Origin: Octopus vulgaris
Taxonomy: Eukaryota
Reading direction: 5' to 3'
NCBI GenBank assembly: GCA_951406725.2
Contig: OX597838.1
Coordinates: 5,332,001-5,396,000, forward strand
DNA length: 64,000 nt
Both the position numbers and the translations under genes were made by a program. Below the pieces are notes generated by a model. It was not told where the DNA came from. It made no database searches and saw nothing but the letters and a program-made list of their open reading frames with translations. Position 1 is the stretch's first letter. Each line of letters begins with the position of its first letter. Positions 43,070-56,346 of the stretch are shown in pieces.

Positions 43070-43649
43070 GGGAGGGGAGATAGAGTAGGGCAGATGAAGG
43101 TAGAAAGAAGGAGAGTGAAGGACAGCGAGAAATAGGGAAAGAGAAAGAGAGAGATGATGAGAGGGTGAGAGAGAGAGTGACAAAAAGAGAGAGAAAGAGA
43201 AAAAAAGAGAAACACAGAGAGTAGGAGAAAGAAGGAAGGAGAGAAGGAGAGAAGGAGAGAGAGAAAGTGGGAGATAGAAAGAGAGAGAAATATTGAAAGA
43301 AAGAGAGAGGGAAAAAGAGAGAGAAATGGTGAGAAAGGGAAAAATGAGAGAGAAAGAAAGAAAACCAGAGACAGAAGGAAGGAAGGAAGGAGAGAAGGAG
43401 AGAAGGAGAGAAGGAGAGAAGGAGAGAGAGAAAGTGGGAGAGAGAAAGGGTGAGTAAGGGAAAATGAGATAGAATAAGAGAGAGAAAAAGAAAGAAAAAC
43501 AAAGACAGAAGGAGAAAGAAGGAAGTAGAGAAGGAGATAGAAAGAAGGAGAGAAGGAGACAGAGAAAGTGGCAGAGAGAAATAGAGAGAGACAGACTGAA
43601 AGAAAGAGAGAGGGAAAGAGAGAGAAAGGGTGAGAAAGGGAAAATGAGG

Positions 43650-43680
<31 letters not shown>

Positions 43681-46600
43681 AGAAAAACAGAGACAGAAGG
43701 AGAGAGAAGGAGAGAGAAAGATAGAGAAAGACTGGAAGAAATAGAGAGGGAAAGAGAAATGAGAGAGAGAAAGAAAGAAAAACAGAGACAGAAGTAGAGT
43801 GAAGGAAGAAGAGAAGGAAGGAGAGAAGGAGAGAGAAAGTAGGAGAGAAAGAGAGAGAAAGTAGGAGAGAAGGAGAGAGAGAACGTGGGAGAGAGAAAGA
43901 GAGAGAAAGACTGAGAGAAATAGAGAGGGAAAGAGAAAGAGAGAGAGAGAAAGAAAGAAAAACAGAGACAGAATGAGAGAGAAGGAAGGAGAGAAGGAGA
44001 GAGAGAAAGATAGAGAAAGACTGGAAGAAATACAGAGAGAAAGAGAAAGAGAGAGAGAGAAAGAAAGACAAACAGAGACAGAAGGAGAGAGAAGGAAGGG
44101 AGAGAAGGAGAGAGAGAAAGTTAGAGAAAGACTGGAAGAAATAGAGAGGGAAAGAGAAAGAGAGAGAGAGAAAGAAAGAAAAACAGAGACAGAATGAGAG
44201 AGAAGGAAGGAGAGAAGGAGAGAGAGAAAGATAGAGAAAGACTGGAAGAAATACAGAGAGAAAGAGAAAGAGAGAGAGAGAGAAAGAAAGACAAACAGAG
44301 ACAGAAGGAGAGAGAAGGAAGGGAGAGAAGGAGAGAGAGAAAGTTAGAGAAAGACTGGAAGAAATAGTGAGGGAAAGAGAAAGAGAGAGAGAGAAAGAAA
44401 GAGAAACAGAGACATAAGGAGAGAAGGAGAGAAGGAGGGAGAGAAAATGGGAGAGTGAAAGAGAGAGAAAGACTGAAAGAAATAGAGAGAGAAAGAAAGG
44501 AAAACAGAGACAGAAGGAAAGAGAAAGAAGGAGAGAGAAAGAAGGAGAGAAGGAGAGAGAGAAAGAGAGAGGTAAAGAGAGAGAGAGAAAGAGAGAGGGA
44601 AAGAGAGAGAGAGAGAAAGCGAGAGAGTGAAAGGGATAAAAGTGTGAGAGAAAGTGAGAGAGAGAGAGAAAGAAGAAGGCGAGAGAGTAAGAGAGAGAGA
44701 GAAATAGAGAACGACAAATGAACACAGCCAGAAAGAGAGAGAAAGAAAAAGAGTGAGAAAAACAAAGGGATAAAGAAAGAGAGACAGGGAGAGGGAGAAA
44801 GAGTGAGAGATAAAGAGGGAAGGACATACAGAGAGATAAAGCAAGAGAGAGAGAGAGAGATTGAGAGAGAAAGCCAGAGAAAAAGAAAGAGAAAGACAGA
44901 AAGTGAGAGCGATTGTGAAAGAGAGAAAGAGAAAAAGTGAGAGAAAGAAAGTTAGAGAGACAAAGAGAGGGACGGAAACATAAAGAAACAGAGTGTAAGA
45001 GAGTTGGAGAGAGAGAAATAGAGAAACGTGTGTGATAGAGTGAGAAACATTTAATATTTTGTTACTGGTCTTAATAAGGGTATTGTAAAGGACAGGCGGG
45101 ACAACTCACGTTGAATCCCGTCTGGTATAGGGTCTCTTTCATGGGATTGAAGTAGAGTTACCTGGTTTGCAAATGACTTGTTTTAAACCGGGTGCTTTGA
45201 ATGATTACATCTCAAGAAAAATTGTGATGAGGATTACAGAGAAATACACGTTCCATAAGCGTTACGTTTATGTGTCTGGTAAAAACTGTTTGGCATCAGT
45301 GTTTGAGTGTGTGTGTGTGTGTGTATGTGTATGTGTGTCTGTGTGTGTGTGTTTGTGTGTGTGTGTGAGAGTGAGAGTGTGTCTGTGTGAGTGTGTGTTT
45401 GTGTTTGCATGTGTGCGTGTGCATGTGTTTATATATCAATGCACACACTGACACACATACATAAACATACATACATGGATAATAAATAATATGTTCTCGT
45501 TCTTTTACCTTCAGTCGTTCAACGGCGGCCATGCTACAGCACCCACCCTCGACTCCGGGACTTATTTATGAATGAAAACTAGTAATTAATCTATTGCTAT
45601 CATTTTGACAAACCGCTAGCTGTCAGTGATGTAAACCAACCAGCACCGGTTGATAGGGGAGAACGGCACAAGCGCGCGCGCGCACACACACACACACGCG
45701 CGCGCGCAAACACACACAGATATATGCCCGCTTGAGCACAGACAAACGCATTCACACACACGCACACACATACACTCACACAGAAATATACATGGTTATA
45801 TATATTTTACACGTCAGAGAGAAAAACACAGAGAAGAAAAGAGAGACATACAGAGAAAGAGAAATAGAGAGAGAAACACAGAAAGGGAGAGAGAGTGCGA
45901 AAGAGAGAGAGAGAAAGAGAAAGAGAGAAAGAGAGAGCAAAAAAGAGAAAGTGAGAAAGCGAAAGAGAAATAGAAAGAGAGAGAGAGAGAGAGAGAGATG
46001 AGACAAAATAGAGAGAAAGGAAGAGAGAAAAAGAGGAAGTGAAAGAAAGAGAGGGAGAGAGATACGTGAATAGAAAGAAAAAGGGAGAAAGAGGGACAAA
46101 GGGAGAGAGATAGAGAGAAACAGAGAAATAGAGAGAAAGAGAAACTGAGAAAGTGTGACAGGGAGAGTGAGAGTGAGAGAGAGAGAGAAACACAGAGAGG
46201 AAAGAGAGACATAGAGGGAAAGAGAAATAGAGAGAGAAACACAGAAAGGGAGAGAGATAAAGAGAAGTAGAGAAATAGAGACATTGAGAGAAAAAGAGAG
46301 GGAGTAAGACAGAAAGATAGAGCGAGAAAGTGAGAGAGAAAGTGAGAAAGCGAAAGAGAATTAGAAAGGGAGAAGGAGAAAGAGACAAAAAGAGAGAGAG
46401 AAAGGGAGGGAGTGAAAGAATGAGAGGGAGAGAGAGATAGGGAAGAAGAAGAGAAAGGGATAAAGAGGGACAGAGGGATAGAGAGAAAGGGAAACTGAGA
46501 AAGTGTGAAAGGGAGAGTGGGAGGGAGAAGGAAAGAGAGACATACAGAGAAAGAGAAAGAGAGAGAGAAACACAGAAAGAGAGGGAGGGAGATACGGGAA

Positions 46601-46827
46601 GATGAAGAAAAAGGGAGAAAGAAGGACAAAAGGAGAGAGAAAGTGAGAAAGTGAAAGAGAAATAGGAGAGAGAGAGAGAGAGAAAGAGAGAGATACGGGA
46701 AGAAAAAGAAAAAGGGAGAAAGAGGGACAGAGGGATAGATAAAAAGAGGGAGATAGAGAGAGACAGAAAGATAGGGAGAATGTGAGAAAGGGAAACAGAG
46801 AAAGTGTGACAGGGAGAGTGAGAGTGG

Positions 46828-46872
<45 letters not shown>

Positions 46873-46921
46873 ATATTTCGGATATATTGCCAGTTTAGAT
46901 ATATATATATATATATATATA

Positions 46922-46962
<41 letters not shown>

Positions 46963-49435
46963 GGGAGAGATTGTGCGTTTTTCAGTGTCAGATTCGCTAG
47001 GTCTAAAAGTGTCCTGGCTTTCAACATCCAGAGATTCTTAACGTGTGGGTGTTAATGTGAAGTTTATGCTTCGTCACTATTGTTAATAGGATATCATAAC
47101 TTACAGGCGGGATAACTCCCGTTGAATCCCATTTGATCTTGAGTCGCTTTCATGGGATTGAAGGTGAGTTATATGGATTGCCGATGGCTCCAAAGTGGTT
47201 TTAAATCGGGTCTTTAAATGTCTACATCTCCACAAAGAGTGTGATGGGACTTACAGAGGAATATGCGTTAAGTTTATGGGTCTGGTAATAATTATATTCT
47301 ATATGTATGTGTGTGTGTGTGTGTGTGTATGTGTGGGTGGGTGTGCATGTGTCTTTGCCTATGTGTTTGTATGTGTATATATATTTCTTTACTACCCAAA
47401 AGGAGCGAAACAGAGGGGACAAAGGTATAAAGTCGATCACATCGACCCCAGTGGCGAAACTGGCACTTTATTTATCGACCTCGAAAGGATGAAAGGCAAA
47501 GTCGATCTCGACGGAATTTGAACTCGGACCGTAACGGCAGGTGAAATACAGCTAAGTATTTAGCCCGGTGTCCTAACGTTTCTGCCAGCTCGCCGCTTAG
47601 TGTATGTGTGTATATATTAATACACACACGCGCACACAGAGAAAGAGAGAAAGAGAGAGAAAGAGAGAAAGAAAGAAAGAAAGAAAGAGAGAGAAAGTAA
47701 CAAAGAAGCAGTGAGAGAGAGGAAGAGATAGAAAGAGAGAAAGAGAAAGAAAGAGAGAAAGAAAGAAAGAAAAAGAGAAAGAGAGAGAGAAAGAAAGGGA
47801 GAGAAAGAGAGTGAGAGAGAAAGAGAGAAAGAGTGAGAGAGAAAGAGAGAGAAAGTAAGAGAGAGGGAAAGAGAAAGAGAGATAGAAAGAAAGAGAGAAG
47901 GAGTGAGATATGGGAAGAGAGATAGAAAGAGAAAGAAAGAAAGAAAAAGAGAAAGATAAAGTGAGTGAGAGAACAAAAGAGATATAGAAGGAGAGAGAGA
48001 GAAGAGGGAGCGATAAAATGAGAGAGAGAAACAGAAAGAGGGAAGAGAAAGAGAGAGGGAAATAGAAAGAGAAGAAAGAAGGATTAAGAGCCAGAGAAAG
48101 AGAGAAAGAAAACGAGAGAGAGAGAAAAGGAGTGAAAGAGATTGGGAGAAAGAGAGATAGAGAGTGAAATAGAAAGTGGATAAATGAGAAAAAGTGAGAG
48201 ATAGAGAAAGCGAGTGTGTGAAAAAGAAAGACAGAGAGAGAACGACAGATGCAGAGGCGGGGGGGGGGGAGATTGTGCGGTTTTCAGTTTAAGATTCACT
48301 AAGTCTAAAAGTGTCCTAGTTTTCAGTATCCAGAGATTCCTAACGTGCGTGATAGTCAGAATCATTTAATGTTTTGATACTGGTTTAACAGGATCTAGTA
48401 ACGGACAGGCGAGATAACTCCCCTTGAATCCCATCTGAGCGACTCGATACCAGATGGGAATGAAGGTGACTTATATGGATTGCCGGTGTATGTGTGTGTC
48501 TGTCTGTGTGTATATATATATATATATATTCACACACACACACACATAAACATACATACATGCATACATACATACATACATACAATATTATGTTCTTGTT
48601 CTTTTACTTTCAGACAATGGACGGCGCCCTTGCTGCAGCATTGCCTTGGAGTGTCTCTCCGACGAACAAAAGAACCCCAGGTCCTATTTATAGACACCAA
48701 TAATGCGACAGAGGTTTCTAATCACCGTAGCCACAACTGGTTGTGTTTCCTTTAATACTTTATAACACGCTGATTTCTATGTGTTTCATATCATCGTGGA
48801 CAGGCGAGATAACTCACGTTCAATCCCATCGAGGCGAGAGTGAGAAAGAGAGATAGGGAAGGAGAGGGAATAAGAGAGAGAGGAAGACACAATGATAGGA
48901 GGAGAAAGAGACAAAGAGTAAGAGTTAGATAAAAAGAGAAAGACAGAGAGAGAGAAAGAGAGATAGGGAATGAGAGAAGGAAAAAGATAGAGAATAAAAG
49001 AGAAAGAATGAGAAAGAGAAGATGAACGAGAGTGAGAAAGGGGCGAGAGAAAGAGAGAACGAAAAAAGAAAAAGAGAGAAAGAAACAAAGAGAGACAAAG
49101 ACAGAGAGAGAGAAAGTGTGAGAGAGAAAGAAAGGGACAAAGAGAGAGAGGAGAATAGAGAGAAAGATAGAAAGGGAAAGAGAAACAGAGTGAAAGAGCG
49201 GGGGAGAGAGAAATAGGGAAAGTGAGAGTGAAAGAAAATGAGAGTGAGACAGAGACAGAGAGATATATGAGAGAAATAGAGAAAGAGAGAGAAAGAGATA
49301 GAATGATAGTGAGAGAAAGAAAGGGAAATAGAAAGAAAGAGAAAGGAAGATGGAAAGACAGAAAGAGAAAGAGAGAGAGCAGGAAAGTGAGAGCGGAAGT
49401 GAGAGAGAGAGAAAGACAGAAAGAAATAGAGAGAT
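43070..49435. repeat. GA-rich polypurine minisatellite blocks interleaved with an anciently duplicated unique module
   Basis: ~120-bp GA units (AGAGAAAGACTGGAAGAAATA) repeat at 43720-44370; module ACAGGCG.GA.AACTC.C.TT.AATCCC at ~45092, 47103, 48405 and 48800. Confidence 0.85.
47386..47598 (-). mobile_element. SINE (family of 1526-1739)
   Basis: Plus strand TTTATCGACCTCGAAAGGATGAAAGGCAAAGTCGA...AACGTTTCTGCCAGCTCGCCGC. Confidence 0.8.
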
Positions 49436-50321
49436 GAAGTTTAATATTCGCGAAGTTTAAAAGGGCTCCTGCTTTTCAACGACTAGAATTTCTTAATGTA
49501 AAATCTAGGTAGGCACTACTGCAGGCATTATTATAAAGAGAGAGCAACTTGGCAAGGGATATTCATTGTTATATCCTGTCTCAACAGTTTAATTTAATAA
49601 TTAAGATCTTCCTATTCTATGAGTCTCATTACAAACACATATACACATTTGCCCATGTATGTATATTTATCAACACAGAATACATTTTCTCCACAATGAC
49701 TACAGTGTATTTTTGTCTGCAAGTTAATATACATCAAAACGTAGCACAAAACCTCCCGTATATATTGCAGGTGGATAAACGGACTAACACTAAGCTGAAT
49801 GATGATATTGAGATCCTGGAAGGCAATTACTATTCCATTATCACCTGCCAAATATACATGGGCCAAATTAATGGACTAGAAAATTATAGTGGTGTTCCTC
49901 CTTGCCCTATTCATTCACAGTGACACGCAGAGACTTAAAATACTGATATGTTTATGAATGAATACGATTATACATACAGCAATTTCCATCGAGAATCTAA
50001 AATGGTTATAAATACTTAAATAAAAAGTGAAGAAATATGAAAGATAAAAGATAAACGACAAGAAAGGATTTCCAGAAATTTATTTAAAAATACAAAATAT
50101 ATCACAGAAAATCTTTTTCAGATTTGTTAGAAGATTTGAAAATATAAAATAGCTTAAATATTTGGAGGAAATATATGTAAAAGAAAATATATTTATGTAT
50201 GTAGAAAAAGTACTGAAGGTGGAAATAGGTGAAATAATGGTGAAAGGCAGGGTTTTTCAGGAGAATTGTGTTTCTGGTATCATATCGTCTGAGGTGTCGT
50301 GTTTGATTGAGGCTCCGTCAG

Positions 50322-50326
50322 CTAAT
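50322..50326 (-). CDS. probable terminal coding bases (G|AT TAG) of the CCCH-finger gene; 3' UTR continues toward ~50060
   Basis: Acceptor aattttcAG at 50327-50335; a phase-1 join gives Asp then TAG; AATAAA on minus near 50079-50084. Other downstream exons are not excluded. Confidence 0.45.
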
Positions 50327-51009
50327 CTGAAAATTCAAGAAACAATGTAGAGATTAGTACACAATACACAGAGAAAAAAGTGGGAATAATTTTATTTCAA
50401 TCATTCAATTCAAATACGTGCATGATTTGCGTTTGTGTGTGTATGGAAAGAGAGGTAGAGAGAGAGGGGGTGAGAGAGACTACCTTTTAAAAAGATAGAT
50501 AGATAGATACGTAGGTAGAGAAAGGCAGAGAACAGTGTAAGATTATGATTCAATGTTATATCTTAAACAATTTTAAATATCAAACAAAATGGAAAATATT
50601 AGCTTTATCTTTAAATTTTCACGTAAACTTATGGCAGATTTAATTCTTAAACCCATAATTATTGGGAAGATTATCTCAGAAAGTCATGCAGAGAAAATTG
50701 GAAAGGCATTTCAGGATTCCATTTTGACACACAAATAGGCGTCTCAGTATTTACAATGGTTTTAGTCAATAACCCAAGACTAAAGGATATATGTAGCTAA
50801 TCTAAGAAATTAGGATTATGAAACTAATTGTGTCTGTCTTTTTTTTTTCTTTTTACATTTTATTTACTTTGATGCTACTATAATGCTAACATTTGTAAAG
50901 GAGGATTGGGATTGAATTGAAAACAAGATTGTAAGGAATGTATCACTCAAAGAAATATCAAACCTCCAAACACCTCTTTCAATATGATGCAATTTAATTT
51001 ACCACTTAC

Positions 51010-52653
51010 CATCAGCCAGTTCTTTTGTATAATATGCTGGATTAAGTCCGAGAAACGCCTCATGAAACGTCTCACGACTCAGCATTTTCCATTCATCAAT
51101 ATCACTTTCCTCATCAGGCGTCTCTTCCTTCGGTGCAGGTCTATCACATAATTCTTTATTCTCACCAATACACGAACCATTGATCTCCCTATTTTGCTTA
51201 TCATTGGAAGAGTCTAGCAAATAAGTTGCACAAAGCCATGAGTTACGAAAACGTGTACACTCAATATCACTTGCTCTAGTTTCCACGCTGTCTTTTATAG
51301 TCATATAGTCAAGAAGATATTTATTACTATCGGGTACTGAGAATGATTTACAATATGAATAGGAACTTTGTGGCCAATCAAGCGAATTCGGGTCAACCCC
51401 ACCGTTTTCTGCAGAAACGGGTGTCTGATGTTCAGATGTAGCAAATGTGTCATTCGAAATTAAAATATCAACAGGATTTTCATTCTTTTCAGTGACATCG
51501 GATGGTCTTCGGAGTAAAGTTACTCTTCCTGGGATTTCATTCTTTCCGATGCACACTCCATGATTCCCATTGTAATCTGACGTAGTTTTCTCAGCTAACG
51601 ATCTGCGGGTTGTTTTATTATTATGCCCATTCTTCTCAAATACCTTAGTTACATCTTCCCTGGAATAAGGAGGTCTTCGGGGGAGGTTTTCCCGAGGTAT
51701 AAAGCGTGGATGTCGATGATTTTCTCCATTTCTACAAGATGGTTTTAATGTATAATAAACCACACGCCCAATTGGGTGAATCGTTGCTGCATTGGTAAGA
51801 ACATCCTCAGATTTAAACGCCAATGTATTACTGGTATCTAATTTTTTATCATGCAGTTTCAAATTATTTATTGTTAATCTCGAGTTTTGTGCATTGCTGA
51901 AGCCAAAGGAATCATCTTTATGAATGTTTGAAACGTGTCTTCTCTGTCTGTCAGCATCATCACTGAGGTCCTCCGTTTCTATATCAGACATATCTAGCTG
52001 CTCGTTGTCATCTGATGGATCCCTGCATTGGAAAGCCTTACAAACTTCCACCAGTCTTTCCTGCCCAATTCCCTCATCCCTTTCAAGGCGCCATACGTCT
52101 CTTTCAACTTCACTGTGAGCATAAGTACACAAATTTTTGGTGCAGAAAGAACCTGCAGTACAAATTGAATAGGACGCCTCTTTTCTTACAGTGAATGGTT
52201 TCCTAATCGTAATCATAACTGACTGGGTAATACACTGTAACACTTTTGTGGATTCCCAATAATGAGCTATCGAACCAGCGCACTGATGAGGGTTATCGGA
52301 ACTCTCTTTCGATATCTCACTTCTCTCTAAACAGATTTTACAAAAGAAGGCAAAACTTTGTCCATATGTAGAAATAATATAGTTTATATCACATGTTGTC
52401 CTCTGGCTTTCGACTGAATTTGGAACGTTGAATTCGCCAAAGATTTCTTCCTGCGAATGATTAATCTCTAGTGGATTGTCAGCATATGCACATATTTGTT
52501 CATTCTCATAATGTTCATATGTATCCATCAATTGATTATTGTTCAGTATTCTTAAATAATCTTCATAGCCATTTTCGTAATCGTTGCATGAATTTAACGT
52601 TCCATTATACAGATCAATTCCTTGAGCACCTGGACTATAATCGATATTCGTAC
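51010..52653 (-). CDS. large coding exon of a ZC3H7/HELZ2-type CCCH zinc-finger protein
   Basis: 1644-nt open exon, acceptor tacacAG, donor GTaagt, phase 1 to 1. FAFFCKIC...C...H.W...IR...YSIC...C...CTYAHSEVERDVW parallels the ZC3H7 finger region (C.FAHS.EE..MW). Confidence 0.85.
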
Positions 52654-53049
52654 CTGTGTAGAAATAGAGATGAACATAATGTTAGAAACACCAGCAAACA
52701 TAATACAGTAAATTATATGCTTAATCATATCGTTTCGTATAACAACATCAATGAAGATAATAATGAAGTAAAAGTAATAATTAATGTATGATATAACATA
52801 TTAATCAGAATAGAATGTAAAATGAGAAAATTAGTATATAAAAATAACGAAAAATAAAAAGTAAAATTAAGAAGATCAGAAACCAAACATTAATAGTTTA
52901 ATAGTAATGGTGGTAATAATCTCAAATCCTAACACACGATCCCGAAATACAAGAGACGTATATCATTGATTACCATCCATATCATTTGGATTAGTGATCC
53001 GAAAATGATATCATTATATGTTAGATAATAGTACAAAAATTGTACTCAC

Positions 53050-53086
53050 CATCGAAAACAGGATATTCTACACAATCTTCATAAAG
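53050..53086 (-). CDS. 37-nt coding exon of the same gene (LYEDCVEYPVFD-G)
   Basis: cattacAG acceptor, GTgagt donor, phase 0 to 1; keeps frame with both neighbouring exons. Confidence 0.8.
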
Positions 53087-53321
53087 CTGTAATGTTATAA
53101 AATACATATGTTTTTATATAATTTATGAAATATAGATATTAATAACTTTTTTTATAAATATGTATTTCTAGGGTGATTTTAAGGAATAATATTTGAACTT
53201 GGAAAATGGAAGTAAGGGATACGAATTAAAGAGTCAAATTGTTATCATTATCTGCAGATGAAATAAACACCCCATTGCAGAACAATTATTATCATGGTAA
53301 TAGCTATGGATCATGTGTGTA

Positions 53322-53354
<33 letters not shown>

Positions 53355-53384
53355 GTGTGTATAAGTATAATAATAAAAACTTAC

Positions 53385-53471
53385 CGCTTCCTCAAATACC
53401 GGCTGGTCGTAATAGTCCGATGGACTGAATTGATAGTACGACTGATATCCTGTAGCTCCTAGAGTCTCCAT
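53385..53471 (-). CDS. first coding exon (METLGATGYQSYYQFSPSDYYDQPVFEEA); exon spans 53385-53511
   Basis: ATG at 53471, 29 codons to a GTaagt donor; acceptor aattttcAG at 53512-53520 implies a further 5' UTR exon upstream. Confidence 0.78.
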
Positions 53472-54042
53472 TCTTTATGCTACTTTTAGAGAAATAACTT
53501 CAAACTCGGATCTGAAAATTGATATTTAAAATCAAATATGTTATGGAAATTGAAGTAGAAATTGGTCAGCAAAACTTTGAAAGAATTTCGGTTAAGAGGA
53601 ATGAATACATTTAGAATAATTGCAACATATTTATTCTGAATAATTATAATTTTTTAAAGATCATTGTATAATTTACTAAAACAAATTTTATACATAGGTA
53701 CAATTCGATTGTCTCCCCTGAGTCATATATATATTTATGCATATTGATGTATATATATATATATATTTGAATAAATATATATATATATATATGTATTTAT
53801 ATGCATTTGCATACATATATATATACACATACATTTATATATACATATACATGTATTTATATAGATTTGCATATATATATTTATATATACATGTATATAA
53901 ATTCAAAATAATAAGTGTAAAAAACTGAATATGAATTTGATTAATATAGATGTTTTCGATTTAATTTGGATTCTTTAAAATATAATTTGAATTTTTCAAT
54001 TGGTGCTCAAGCCTTTGAAAAACAGGAGTTAAACTACATCAG

Positions 54043-54306
54043 CCGTAAGAGAATACATGTATATCTTACCCAACACGTCCAGTAGAGCCCACCAACTGAT
54101 ATCGGAAAAGTTCGATGAAATAACACATGAACACTGTGATAGCTTCTACCAAAAGATGATCCGTTACGTCGTCTGACCTGAACAAGGGGAGATAATAAAT
54201 GAATGCCTCTATTTTTATTATCTCCCCTTGTTCAGATCACTATCGCAGTGTTCATGGTGGGCTGTACAGGACGAGGTAAGATAATATAGACACGTATTCC
54301 CTTACG
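54043..54306. repeat. foldback / long imperfect inverted repeat
   Basis: Central 22-bp stem CTGAACAAGGGGAGATAATAAA/TTTATTATCTCCCCTTGTTCAG; outer arms CATGAACACTG/CAGTGTTCATG, ATCTTACC/GGTAAGAT and CGTAAG/CTTACG. Confidence 0.8.
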
Positions 54307-54309
54307 ATT

Positions 54310-54591
54310 TCTGGTTGAAATACACCGAAAAATGGCGATACAGCAGTCACAAAATCGTAAAAAATAGGGATTTTCATAGAAGAAAATCACCTTTTTGATT
54401 TAAATAATCTTTGGTCTTAACATGGTCCGATTTGAAATTTATCCTCTACGTAATGAAGAGCAAGTCTTCTTCTATCATACTCTCAAAATTGTTTAACTTA
54501 CGCCGCAGGGACTCAGAGGAGAGAGTGTTAGTTGAAGGCTAGAAAACCTGTCCACACACACAGAAAACGTCAGCTTTATATATATATAGAT
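54310..54591 (-). mobile_element. Helitron-like non-autonomous element, 5' portion
   Basis: Minus strand begins A|TCTATATATATATAAAGCTGACG, the TC start typical of Helitrons; no 3' end identified. Confidence 0.5.
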
Positions 54592-54664
54592 TATCTTTTA
54601 TCATACTATGCGACCTTTCATACTATCAGGTTTGGTGAAATGTTCTTAAAATTGGTAATTGTTT

Positions 54665-55090
54665 TTTTAACTACTTTTTTATTTCTTTATGTCTGATTGA
54701 ATTAACAGCCAACTCTCGCGCTCGTATACACGTACGTACACACACGCACATGCACACACTCACATGTATGCACACGCAAATATCATTTCGCAACAGATAA
54801 GTATTCTTCATATTTATGTACAGTCGTTACTTGTAAATGTAATCATTGAAACTACTGAGTTGTTCCCCTTACAACGTATCTATTTCTGAATGCTGAAATA
54901 TAAAAAAAACCCCACTATTTTTGCCATAGCAACCACATCTTTATAGCTTGTGAATTTTACCCACCGCGGGTCGCATCCTCACTACGCCTTTAGTATGCCC
55001 GCCAATATTCAGCTCGACCCTGGCAAGTCTAGTGCCATTGAATCCTTACCAAAACCAAAGTGTGCAAGTTGTTTTCCACTTTTATATATG
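54665..55090 (+). repeat. ~430-bp dispersed direct repeat, copy 1 (copy 2 at 63262-63735)
   Basis: GATTGAATTAACAGCCAAC...TTTCGCAACAGATAAGTA...CCACCGCGGGTCGCATCCTCACTACGC...CCAAAGTGTGCAAGTT present in both. Confidence 0.88.
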
Positions 55091-55168
<78 letters not shown>

Positions 55169-55171
55169 AAT

Positions 55172-55212
<41 letters not shown>

Positions 55213-55274
55213 TACATACATATTTATATATATATATATATACATATATATATGTATATATATATATATACATA

Positions 55275-55640
55275 GTTGAAAGTTAAATAGAAGTAAAATG
55301 CAGGTGTGGAAACAACAAACACCTGTAATAGTTGTGGTATATTTTAACGCTCGGGAAGGTGAGAAAGTCTTCCGCGTTTTGCTTTGGTGTGTGGCTGTAG
55401 AGATGTTGGATCAGAAGATGGACAGAGAAGATCCAAGGGTGGGGTGTGGGTTTGAGGACAGAATGGGTATCGATTGAGAAACAGAGTGAGCAGGAGGTAA
55501 GATTGGAAAAGTGAGTCAGGGCAAGAGAGGAGTGGAGAGGTGGGTAGGAGGTATGAGAGAAATTAAGTTTGAGATGAAGGGAGGGGAGGTGGGGTGTCAG
55601 ATATATAAACACATTCAAATATACTCGAAATTTGCTACCT
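55275..55640 (-). mobile_element. degenerate PLE pLTR-like fragment
   Basis: CAGGTGTGGAAACAACAAAC...TAACGCTCGGGAAG..GAGAAAGTCTT resembles 37495-37560; purine/GT-rich tract follows; TA flanks. Confidence 0.4.
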
Positions 55641-56346
55641 TTTTCTATATATATATATATTCTATATATTTCAACATATATTTTGCATGTTATCAACATA
55701 TTGGTGTATTCCAAAAAAAACTTTTATTCTAAATTCCATTTCAAATGTATTAAATTCCTTTCCACCGAATATTGTAACTTTAAAACATACATGGCTAAGC
55801 TGTGTTGTATTCGTTTGATATAAACCGTTGCACAGAAATATATCAGAGCATGCATACGGTAACACTTATAAATATAACTATGTGTATATAGACACTTTTA
55901 TACGTAAACGCTGATGTGCATTAATATCTTCATATCAATTTCACAGAATTTTGAAAGAACATTACATATGCATCGTTAAAATCTTTTGCTCGCATACTCA
56001 TAAATACACGCGCAGAGAAACAAAAAATAACAATAAATCGTAAATAATGTATGGATCTTGAAATCTGCAACATCATTGTCACTATATAATAAATTCCTGT
56101 TTGAATAAATTTGATCTTACTACATTTCTCTCATTATTTACAGCTTTACATAATTACATACATATATACACATCTTAGAGAAAACACCGAACATTTGAGA
56201 CTAACCTATTTGCATGGTATTTACACAGAAGACAACAGCTTTGTCTTACACTAATTAGAATATGGGAGGTCATAATTTGCGATAACCATCGACACATATT
56301 CAGGAAGTTACATTCAACATCGAAACAGAAAGGACTTAAATCATAA

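Noticed and set aside
43022-44827. 601-aa Ser/Leu/Phe ORF (and the 406-aa ORF at 45807-47027)
   Set aside because: Antisense reading of GA-rich minisatellite; long only because pyrimidine tracts contain no stops.
49549-49923. 124-aa plus-strand ORF / possible terminal exon after ttgcAG at 49770
   Set aside because: No recognisable domain and no linked upstream exons; cannot be supported without transcript data.
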